From an archaeon (GTDB lineage Archaea > Methanobacteriota_B > Thermococci > Methanofastidiosales > NM3): DNA of 23,052 bases. The DNA lies in NCBI GenBank assembly GCA_004212155.1, contig RXIG01000020.1:1-23052 (forward strand), written 5' to 3'. Below, piece after piece: positions 1 through 7,426 of this stretch. Numbering within the stretch: position 1 is the first letter of the stretch; every line of letters begins with the position of its first letter. Below the pieces are notes generated by a model, which had not been told where the DNA came from, ran no database searches, and worked only from the letters and a program-made list of their open reading frames with translations. The translations under genes were made by a program, and so were the position numbers.

Positions 1-110
1 ATGAAATGATTATCGCATACTCATTATCTTAGTAGAGGAGTGCCGGAGGAGTTCCCAAGGTGTTCGCTAGTTATAAGATGTGGGTAATAGTAGAAAAGAG
101 GTGAACATCA

Positions 111-269
111 ATGGGTTACAACGACCGAAGGCGAGACGACTTTGGCCCACGCGAAATGCACAAGGCCATCTGTTCGGAATGCGGCGAAGAGTGTGAAGTT
201 CCATTCAAGCCGACCGAAGGAAGACCAGTCTATTGCCGAGACTGCTTCCAGAAGCGCAAGAGATACTAA
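111..269 (+). CDS. CxxC-x17-CxxC domain small zinc-finger-like protein (52 aa)
   Basis: Below the ORF-track cutoff; translated by hand: MGYNDRRRDDFGPREMHKAICSECGEECEVPFKPTEGRPVYCRDCFQKRKRY. CSEC-x17-CRDC with the VPFKP...RPVYC signature; GAGGTGA SD upstream of ATG 111. Confidence 0.93.
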   Translation: MGYNDRRRDDFGPREMHKAICSECGEECEVPFKPTEGRPVYCRDCFQKRKRY

Positions 270-313
270 TTCTATTAGTGCTCTTCTGAGCCTTCAATAA
301 ACCTTACAGAAGC

Positions 314-402
314 TCGTCTCGATCTCAAACGATTTCGAGACGATTCCTTCCTTTTGAATATTATTTTTTTGAATCCTTTTACCCCTATAAAACACTTTTT
401 TT
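314..402 (+). terminator. Hairpin plus T-tracts between convergent genes
   Basis: TCGTCTCGA (314-322) / TCGAGACGA (335-343) inverted repeat followed by several T runs. Confidence 0.5.
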
Positions 403-430
403 GTCCCATATGGCCGACCGTCAATATGAA

Positions 431-1102
431 TCAGCCTTTTTTACATAGATAGAGCACGGACTCCATCTTATCTGCATCGCCTATTGCGTTGCTCATATCC
501 TTCCAATCCTGTTCGAGCTGTTCGATCAGTTGCGCATCCTTGGTTCCCGCGCATGATATGGAACGAATCAGGTCCATGAGGGGACCTATATACAACCTCA
601 ACCATTCATTGGCAGTGATAGTGGCCGTGGCCATCAACTCATATCCGTTGGAGGAAATTGCCATCTCTCTCTTTTCCCTTTCGAGGGAATCGGTGTGTAT
701 TAAAAGGTACCCGCCCTTTCTCACCATTCCCTCCCACTTCCCGAGGGCATTTTCAAATCCGATAATCTGTACCGAGCCCTCAGAGATTATCATGTCAAAG
801 TAGTTCTCAGGAGATGAAACGTCGCGCAGGTCCATATGACAAATCTCTATACGGTCATCAGTACCGCTGTGGATAGAGTTGTTTCGCAGGGCCTCAAGGC
901 TCCCTTCGTCCCTGTCAACGCATGTGATGACCACGTTGTGACGTCTCGCAAGCATTAGCGCCATCACGCCCGTTCCACACCCCATATCTATGACACGGGT
1001 GATGTCGTTCCAGGGGAGTAGCTCAAACATTTTAAGGGCAGCGTCGGCAATCGACATTCGCAACGCATCCCTCTTTTCCATGTACCTCTCGAAGGAGTAC
1101 AT
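431..1102 (-). CDS. Class I SAM-dependent methyltransferase
   Basis: Motif I VIDMGCGTG, acidic residue in CVDRD, FDMIISEGS, RKGGYLLI. Confidence 0.9.
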   Translation of the reverse strand: MYSFERYMEKRDALRMSIADAALKMFELLPWNDITRVIDMGCGTGVMALMLARRHNVVITCVDRDEGSLEALRNNSIHSGTDDRIEICHMDLRDVSSPENYFDMIISEGSVQIIGFENALGKWEGMVRKGGYLLIHTDSLEREKREMAISSNGYELMATATITANEWLRLYIGPLMDLIRSISCAGTKDAQLIEQLEQDWKDMSNAIGDADKMESVLYLCKKG

Positions 1103-1297
1103 TCATCATAATATCATTGCGGGAACATAAATCCTTTTTTTCTTCTTTCGAGTGACACTATGATTGATCTATGCATGAAAAGAACAGTATATAAAATTAT
1201 GAAGAATGTGAATCACTAACATGACTTTATTAAAAAAACGCCACAAAATAGTAAGAAAAAAAAGGAAATTATAAATAGAATTGAACATATCTTGTGT

Positions 1298-2668
1298 ATG
1301 CATAAGAATATGCCCTTCTTGTTGGTATTGTGTATCGTGGCTGCCCTCTTGACGGGTTGTATCAATGAGGACATGTCCCTCACGCTCACCTCCGAACCGG
1401 AAATAAAGGATTCCGATGGCGACGGCATCCAGGACACATACGATAAATGTCCATATGTCTATGGGCCTATACACAATGATGGATGCCCAATGGCAACGAC
1501 CGCTGCACCCCCTACAACTTCGCCTGCGACCAACGCTCCCACCACCACAGTACCGCCTACTTCACTCGCGCCCCCTACGTCTCCCCCATCGACCACGGCG
1601 CCACCACAACCATCACTGAAAATAGAGCCCACGGATTGGGCCATGGAAGGGTATGACCTTATGCGTTCGGGCGTGACATCAAGCGAAGGGGTGAGTGTAT
1701 TCGCTTCACTATGGGCAGTGCAAAGATCTGACACCTTTACGTCTTCACCCATCATCGCTTACGGCAATGTCTATGTGGGCACGGGAGATGGGGACATCGT
1801 TTGTTACGACAAGACAACGGGTAATGAGCTCTGGTCATACGGTACGCGCGACATCGTCTTGTCCACGCCCGCGGCATACGAAGGAACGATAATTGCTGGC
1901 TCGTATGATGGGTATGTTTACTGTCTCGATGCAATGTCGGGGGATCTCTTATGGCTGCATAGGGTAGGAAGCGACATCAGGGGCCCGGTTCTTGCGTTCA
2001 ACGACAAGGTATTTGTCACGTCGTTTGACCAACACATATACTGCATCTCAAGCGACAACGGCAATCTACGATGGGCCTTCCAGGCAGACGACCTATTGAT
2101 AGGCGGTGCATCCTACGATGATGGAGTTGTCTATTTCGGTGATGGAAGTGGCACGGTGTATGCCCTGGGCTCCATGAATGGTAACCTGATATGGAAGAAT
2201 CAAATCCAAGGGGCCGGCTCGATCTATTCGACGCCGTGCGTAACGGATGACAGCATCTACATCGGCACGACGAACTACGATGTATACCGTATCGACAGGC
2301 AGGATGGGTCTGTGGTTTGGGAAAAGGAAACGCGTAATGCCGTACGGTCATCGCCTGTGTTCTATAACGGTTATGTATATGTCGGGGCAGAGGACAGCTT
2401 CTTCTACTGCATTGATGTGGAGGACGGATCATCCGAATGGCTAAAGATGTGCAACAGCCCCGTGAGTGGAACACCGACCATTGCAAATAGCAATGTATAC
2501 TTCATGACCCTTGAAGGGGAAGTATACTGCCTCGATGCCGCTTCGGGTGCCCAACACTGGATATATGAGTCACAAATCGGCGATACAGGATATTCAAACA
2601 GTGCAATTTCCATATCGGGCCCTTATGCCTATTTTAGCGCGCACGCGCTCCTCTATTGCATCGGATAG
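1298..2668 (+). CDS. Lipoprotein with thrombospondin type-3 repeat, Pro/Thr linker and PQQ-like (BamB-type) beta-propeller
   Basis: Lipobox LLTGC; DSDGDGIQDTYDKCP...GCP; PTT-rich linker; repeated S(S/T)P...VYxG..DG.VYCLDA.SG..LW blades. Start ATG 1298 or 1310. Confidence 0.88.
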   Translation: MHKNMPFLLVLCIVAALLTGCINEDMSLTLTSEPEIKDSDGDGIQDTYDKCPYVYGPIHNDGCPMATTAAPPTTSPATNAPTTTVPPTSLAPPTSPPSTTAPPQPSLKIEPTDWAMEGYDLMRSGVTSSEGVSVFASLWAVQRSDTFTSSPIIAYGNVYVGTGDGDIVCYDKTTGNELWSYGTRDIVLSTPAAYEGTIIAGSYDGYVYCLDAMSGDLLWLHRVGSDIRGPVLAFNDKVFVTSFDQHIYCISSDNGNLRWAFQADDLLIGGASYDDGVVYFGDGSGTVYALGSMNGNLIWKNQIQGAGSIYSTPCVTDDSIYIGTTNYDVYRIDRQDGSVVWEKETRNAVRSSPVFYNGYVYVGAEDSFFYCIDVEDGSSEWLKMCNSPVSGTPTIANSNVYFMTLEGEVYCLDAASGAQHWIYESQIGDTGYSNSAISISGPYAYFSAHALLYCIG

Positions 2669-2759
2669 CACTGATTTTACTATGTGCACTGGGAAGGGTG
2701 GTCTCCTCGCCAGTGCACCCACATGGGGTGTTCAAAAAAGAACAGTGTTACGTAACATG

Positions 2760-2778
2760 CGTTCGTTTCCTTTTTAAA
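2760..2778 (+). promoter_or_regulatory. Promoter copy 1 of DUF1102-like gene pair
   Basis: CGTTCGTTTCCTTTTTAAA, 17/19 identical to 3377-3395, ends in TTTTAAA TATA-like box; preceded by the perfect palindrome TGTTACGTAACA (2746-2757). Confidence 0.6.
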
Positions 2779-2823
2779 TAACTCAACCAAATGCCATATC
2801 AAGACCTTTAAAAGGTGCATATC

Positions 2824-3330
2824 ATGCTGAAAAAACTCATACCACTGTTTGGAATCCTATTGGCGGCCGTTGTCGTCATGTCGACAGGTGCTTTCACGTC
2901 GGTGACCGCTGACCGAGAGGCCACTATTAATGTATCTGGTGACGCAAGCGCTCTCCTCGGCCTCGAGGCACATGCGCCGTATGCATCGTATGACGACAAT
3001 GGGGCACTCGTTGTGGAACTGCCAAGCGGCGTTAACGTCGATGCGGAGACCGATTTAGGAAAGGTGTTCACCATATCCAACAACGGGACGCAGACGGTAA
3101 ACGTAACGATCCGCCAGATGTTGGGTGCAAACGACGTGACGGATACATCGCCGATCCTGTTCACAAGCTCGCCTGATGGCAATCCATCCAACATGCAGGC
3201 AGTGTGGAACACGCCTCTCGGAAGCGGTGATTCCATCGATGTCTACATCAAGGTGTATACCAACATGCAGGGACAGTACCCCTATCAGATCGGCACCATC
3301 ATGGACAGCATGACCATAGTAGCCGAATGA
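2824..3330 (+). CDS. DUF1102-like secreted/surface protein
   Basis: Signal peptide followed by TGAFTSVTADREATINVSGDASALLGL and FTISNNGTQTVNVTI; AAAGGTG SD favours ATG 2824. Confidence 0.8.
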   Translation: MLKKLIPLFGILLAAVVVMSTGAFTSVTADREATINVSGDASALLGLEAHAPYASYDDNGALVVELPSGVNVDAETDLGKVFTISNNGTQTVNVTIRQMLGANDVTDTSPILFTSSPDGNPSNMQAVWNTPLGSGDSIDVYIKVYTNMQGQYPYQIGTIMDSMTIVAE

Positions 3331-3376
3331 AGTGATATAATATACGAAACGTAAAGGAACACCGTTCCTTACGTCT

Positions 3377-3395
3377 CGTTCGTTCCCCTTTTAAA
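3377..3395 (+). promoter_or_regulatory. Promoter copy 2 of DUF1102-like gene pair
   Basis: CGTTCGTTCCCCTTTTAAA; abuts a long imperfect inverted repeat at 3344-3379. Confidence 0.6.
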
Positions 3396-3432
3396 GCCAT
3401 GCACATAACTACGGACGAAGCGAGGTAACAAC

Positions 3433-3903
3433 ATGAAAAAGCTCATAGCACTACTGGCGATCATCGCGGCAATGCTTGCCGTAACTGCTAGCGGTGCGTT
3501 TACCTCGATCACGGCTGAAAGGGATGCAACGATCTCCGTCTCTGGCGATGGAGAGGCGCTTCTCGCGCTTGCGCCAACGACGACCGTGAATGGCGCATAC
3601 TTTGTCGATAGCGACGGGGACGGAGCATACGAGCTTCGCATCAGCGATGCCCAAAATGGGCTCAACGTCGATGCCATCATCGTGTTCGAAGATATATTCA
3701 CTATAACGAACAACGGCACGCGCGGTGTCACAGTGACGCTCCAGGACATCGGGGCCCATGACGACAAGACAGACTTCGGAGACCTGGAAAGTGGCATCGT
3801 GCTCGCCCCCGGCCAGTCTACGACCGTGTCATTGTCGATCGATACGTATGGCCTCAGTATGAACGACTCGCTCATAGATTCGATAAAAATCACTGCACAG
3901 TAA
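3433..3903 (+). CDS. DUF1102-like secreted/surface protein (paralog)
   Basis: Signal peptide then SGAFTSITAERDATISVSGDGEALLAL; FTITNNGTRGVTVTL; LAPGQS; DSDGDG loop; GAGGT SD. Confidence 0.82.
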   Translation: MKKLIALLAIIAAMLAVTASGAFTSITAERDATISVSGDGEALLALAPTTTVNGAYFVDSDGDGAYELRISDAQNGLNVDAIIVFEDIFTITNNGTRGVTVTLQDIGAHDDKTDFGDLESGIVLAPGQSTTVSLSIDTYGLSMNDSLIDSIKITAQ

Positions 3904-3911
3904 GAGAGGAG

Positions 3912-4328
3912 ATGAAAATGACAACATGCGGCATAGTTTCAGTGGAAGACAACAAGATGGACGGTCTCGTCATAAAACGGACGCTCTCGGACCTCACCTG
4001 TGAGGACGTGACGGTGATACGGGATGGCCACACGGCGTTGGACTTCTTCTGTGATGATTCAAAGATCCCCTGCCTCATACTCCTTGACATCAATCTTCCT
4101 TTCAAAAGCGGCCTTGAGATCCTCAAGGAGATACGTGAACGCGAGCATCTCAGGAAGGTGCCCATCGTGATGTTCTCATCCTCCCAGATCGATGAGGAGG
4201 TCGAGAACGCATACGAGTTGGGCGCAAACAGCTATGTGGCAAAGCCAAGCGACCATGAGCAACTCGAAAAGGCGTTGGAAAGGATCTACGAATTTTGGTT
4301 CGAGACCGCCATGACGGCACATAAATAA
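3912..4328 (+). CDS. Single-domain response regulator receiver (CheY-like, Rcp1-type)
   Basis: VEDN acidic pocket, LILLDINLP phospho-Asp, PIVMFSSS, AYELGANSYVAKP, FWF tail. Confidence 0.92.
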   Translation: MKMTTCGIVSVEDNKMDGLVIKRTLSDLTCEDVTVIRDGHTALDFFCDDSKIPCLILLDINLPFKSGLEILKEIREREHLRKVPIVMFSSSQIDEEVENAYELGANSYVAKPSDHEQLEKALERIYEFWFETAMTAHK

Positions 4329-4375
4329 ACGCGCCTTCATCAATTATTTATAAGGTGCGATGCATGATTTTTCAT

Positions 4376-4603
4376 ATGGATGAAAAAAAATCACGTGGTC
4401 CGGTATTTGTCATGATGCCAGATGGGACGGTGCGTGATATCTCTGATGATGCGCCACGGTTTCTTTCATTGCTCAAGAGCCCCTCCGGCGACACATCACT
4501 ATTTCTCGATGCGATTAATCAGACGATAGAGGAACTCGAACACGACCTGGCAGAGGAAATGGCGCAGGGAGAGGAGGATGAACACGATGAAGAAAGTGGA
4601 TAA
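4376..4603 (+). CDS. Hypothetical small acidic protein
   Basis: ORF after TTTATAA box (about 4347-4353); MDEKKSRGPVFVMMPDGTVRDIS...; overlaps the next gene. Confidence 0.6.
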   Translation: MDEKKSRGPVFVMMPDGTVRDISDDAPRFLSLLKSPSGDTSLFLDAINQTIEELEHDLAEEMAQGEEDEHDEESG

Positions 4604-4922
4604 GACAGAGATTTTGTCTCTTTACAAGAAGGGAGCCGGTTCTGATGACATTGCCAAAGAGCTTGGCGTCAACGTCAACACCGTCAAGGACATCGTTGAT
4701 GCGTACAATGAGGAGCTTCCGAAAAACGTATTCGGCGATATCAACGCATACCTTGACACCATCGATGAGCAGATAGGGCGCCTGAACGAGATAATGGACA
4801 AGGAGTACAGCGCACAGGACTGGTCGGATTTCAAGAAAAGCTATAATCTGTGGCTTGAAAGCATCATGGCCAGGATGAAACTTCTCAAGGACCGCAACCA
4901 ACTCTCAACGTTCCTAAAATGA
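4578..4922 (+). CDS. Helix-turn-helix domain protein
   Basis: EILSLYKKGAGSDDIAKELGVNVNTVKDIV is an HTH pattern; helical C-terminus; GGAGAGGAGG SD. Confidence 0.78.
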   Translation: MNTMKKVDKTEILSLYKKGAGSDDIAKELGVNVNTVKDIVDAYNEELPKNVFGDINAYLDTIDEQIGRLNEIMDKEYSAQDWSDFKKSYNLWLESIMARMKLLKDRNQLSTFLK

Positions 4923-4930
4923 AGGGTGCG

Positions 4931-5152
4931 TTATACTCCCTTTCGCACAACGATGTAGTGAAAGGGGCGCGGGCATACGACGACCCGTTCGTATCTCAAC
5001 TGTGCAAGCATGTCATAGAGCCACCGCGTGCTCAGGTGCCACATGAAGATGAAGTCATAAAGCAGGAGAAGCGGACACCCCTCGGGGTATCTGCTTCCAA
5101 CTTCTTCGATATAATCCACCAGTTGTTGTCGTCGTTCCTTTCTGACCTTCAT
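4931..5152 (-). CDS. Small winged-helix-like protein (resembles the MCM C-terminal wHTH pattern)
   Basis: MKVRKERRQQLVDYIEEVGSRYPEGCP...LAQLRYERVVVCPRPFHYIVV; start uncertain (ORF open to 5236). Confidence 0.5.
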   Translation of the reverse strand: MKVRKERRQQLVDYIEEVGSRYPEGCPLLLLYDFIFMWHLSTRWLYDMLAQLRYERVVVCPRPFHYIVVRKGV

Positions 5153-5284
5153 CGCCCACACGATTTGTGGTACCGCACCGCTTCCCATGAAAAGGACGTT
5201 TATCGGGGGTATCATATAAGCACAATCGAAGAGCACGGGTAACGTGACTATGCAAGAAAGAGATAATTTATATAGTTTAATTCA

Positions 5285-6652
5285 ATGAGTAAGAGCATGC
5301 ACACCTCCCGGATCGCAGTGGTGATCCTTTTAGGAGTCGTTTTCTTTTCCGGGTGCATGGGTCAATCCGACAATACCCCTCCAACGACCACGCCGCTCAT
5401 GCCCGAGGGGGCGATCCCCCTCTCTGCAGCACATGTCGCGGCGGTCCGAGATGCATGGGACCAACAGATGCCCCGTACCGAACAAACGCTTGAAGACCTT
5501 GAGGAACAGTTCGAGATGGCAGTGAGGATTGCGCTTGCCACAAATGATGCAACGGACCTGGAGGGGGTGATGGCATGCTACGAGGAATTCCTCGCATACT
5601 ATCTGCTCGGCACCACGGAAAGTACAACGGCAACAGTGCTCCTTGATCGCTCGGCCCCAGCCGACGGCGACATGCTCCTCATCGACAAGGCCCGCGTACC
5701 CTTCGCGCATCCGGACGGAGGCATTTCCCCTGACGGCCTCGACATGTATGTGCAACAGCGCACGGCACTGGAGTCAGACATCGATGCGATGGTGGAACGC
5801 CTACGGGGAGGCGATGCCACATGTGGTGAGGCGATGGCACTTTTCGAGTCGTATTTCTCATTCGTGCGAGAATATGCGACCATGAACGAACGGTCGGTAT
5901 ACACGGTCCTGGGGTCGCAACTCTACTCCCAGTCGCTGGAAAGCGACGTGATCATAAGGGGGTGCGATCCTTACTGCATCGGATGTGTATACCACGATCC
6001 GCCCGATTCCTGCCCGATGTGGGTGACCCCTATTGCCGGCAGTCCATACTCTGCTGAAAGGGTGTATGAAACGAAAGCGCTATGGTCCAATCGACTGCCT
6101 GACGCAGAGGAGGATTACGTGCAGGCAAGGGAGCGTGTGATGATGCTCCTCGCACAGGAGGGCGGATGGTCGCAGCGGCAAAAAAACGAGATGCGGACAG
6201 CTATTGAAGACTACCTGCGCTGCGCGGCATACCAGGCATGGGGGATGTACAATCACGCCATCGTTGCAACGATGGCAGCACATACGGTGCCTCTTGACAA
6301 TGATATGCTCCTCATCGATGACACCGCTCTGCAAGGATACGGATACATGCCTCCCGAGGAGGTAGACGCGCATGAAGCGGTATTGCAGGAAGAGCTTGCA
6401 GCGATGAATACACAACTTGAGCTCCTCCTCGGTGCAAAAGAATGGGACGAGATATGGGGGATCGCGATGAGAAGGTCCTTCGAATCATTTGCCGAATGGT
6501 ATGAGGACTACGCCGAGACGTCAGCATCACATGCCCGGGACACCGTCCTGCACATGCTTGCGCGACAGGGAGAACAACAGCGTATTCTCGCCTTCGACTG
6601 TATACCGCAGTGCGTCTTCATACGATACGCGAAGCAGTACCCATTCCCCTGA
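5285..6652 (+). CDS. Hypothetical lipoprotein with internal ~210-aa duplication
   Basis: Lipobox FFSGC, PPTTTP linker, two helical halves each with P-x-D-x-DMLLID, FES, TVL and C-x-P-x-C. Confidence 0.8.
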   Translation: MSKSMHTSRIAVVILLGVVFFSGCMGQSDNTPPTTTPLMPEGAIPLSAAHVAAVRDAWDQQMPRTEQTLEDLEEQFEMAVRIALATNDATDLEGVMACYEEFLAYYLLGTTESTTATVLLDRSAPADGDMLLIDKARVPFAHPDGGISPDGLDMYVQQRTALESDIDAMVERLRGGDATCGEAMALFESYFSFVREYATMNERSVYTVLGSQLYSQSLESDVIIRGCDPYCIGCVYHDPPDSCPMWVTPIAGSPYSAERVYETKALWSNRLPDAEEDYVQARERVMMLLAQEGGWSQRQKNEMRTAIEDYLRCAAYQAWGMYNHAIVATMAAHTVPLDNDMLLIDDTALQGYGYMPPEEVDAHEAVLQEELAAMNTQLELLLGAKEWDEIWGIAMRRSFESFAEWYEDYAETSASHARDTVLHMLARQGEQQRILAFDCIPQCVFIRYAKQYPFP

Positions 6653-6702
6653 GTCAAAAACAGGCACAATATATATATGATTAAAACAGGGATGGGACCA
6701 CG

Positions 6703-7314
6703 ATGAAGCACTATCTCCTTCTGATCGCAGTGGCCGCCATAACGGTGATCGCAGTGGTCGCTGGTCCCGCAGCGGGTAATGATACCTACGAGGGAAACAT
6801 TGGGGACCTCCTTCTCACTTCCACTGACGTTCCAGCATCATATTTCATCGCTCAGCAGATGGAGGACGGTTGGACGTTCGTGCCTGAGGGGTTCGGCGAT
6901 GACCCCAAGATAGAAGACGGTTGGACGTTCGTGCCTGAGGGGCCTGATGGCACGGCAAACGAAGCATCCCGGCCGATCGAATATGATTTTGCCGTCTTCT
7001 GGAACGTGGATGATGATGACGATCCGCTAGGCAACATCATCCAAATCGTGGAAAGGTACACGCATGAACAGATAGACGAGATGTTCTCAAAAGAAGGATG
7101 GACGTTCGTGCCTGAAGAGGACCTTGAGGGTAATGACCTCGACGACTGCAGGGCACGGGTAAACGTCAGAGAGAGCAACGAGCGCACCTATTACTTCATC
7201 GACCTGGCAAAAAAGGACATCATCATCCACCTTCTGGCGACCGTGATGGGCGACGAGGAAATGGATCTGGATACGCTCTTCACAATGGCACGCCCCATCC
7301 TCGAACGCATCTGA
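6703..7314 (+). CDS. Hypothetical secreted acidic protein with three GWTFVPE motifs
   Basis: Hydrophobic signal peptide; upstream ATATATAT box; three motif copies. Confidence 0.8.
   Translation: MKHYLLLIAVAAITVIAVVAGPAAGNDTYEGNIGDLLLTSTDVPASYFIAQQMEDGWTFVPEGFGDDPKIEDGWTFVPEGPDGTANEASRPIEYDFAVFWNVDDDDDPLGNIIQIVERYTHEQIDEMFSKEGWTFVPEEDLEGNDLDDCRARVNVRESNERTYYFIDLAKKDIIIHLLATVMGDEEMDLDTLFTMARPILERI
6865..7115 (+). repeat. In-frame direct repeats encoding (D/E)GWTFVPE
   Basis: 27-bp GACGGTTGGACGTTCGTGCCTGAGGGG at 6865-6891 and 6916-6942; 17-bp core TGGACGTTCGTGCCTGA again at 7099-7115. Confidence 0.95.
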
Positions 7315-7354
7315 TGCTGCTTTTTCTGAGAGCGTCGCCATAGTGCTCCTTTTT

Positions 7355-7390
7355 TTACTCATTTATGATTAACTACCCAAAATTATATAA
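7355..7390 (+). promoter_or_regulatory. Palindromic operator (candidate RbkR site) and TATA box of rib operon
   Basis: TTACTCATTTATGATTAA (7355-7372; 7 of 8 pairs symmetric) upstream of TTATATAA (7383-7390). Confidence 0.6.
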
Positions 7391-7426
7391 CAACAACGCG
7401 CTCGACACATGTAAGAGGTGTCATGC

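Noticed and set aside
18-34. TACTCATTATCTTAGTA as a third RbkR-like site
   Set aside because: Spacing is one base longer, the right half is weak, and the downstream gene has no flavin link; context cut by the window edge.
1169-1474. Minus-strand 101-aa ORF
   Set aside because: Overlaps the lipoprotein start and the AT-rich divergent promoter; no recognisable features.
2666-2730. Pyrrolysine read-through at TAG followed by a hairpin
   Set aside because: In-frame TGA two codons later and the propeller appears complete.
4919-5242. Plus-strand 107-aa ORF overlapping the HTH gene stop
   Set aside because: No motif; the minus-strand frame has a more protein-like wHTH pattern, though this choice is tentative.
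6865-6942. 27-bp direct repeats as a mini CRISPR array
   Set aside because: Only two full copies with a 24-nt spacer, in frame within a coding gene, no leader or cas genes.
7315-7426. FMN riboswitch upstream of ribE
   Set aside because: Region is short and AT-rich and lacks the conserved RFN sequence blocks.
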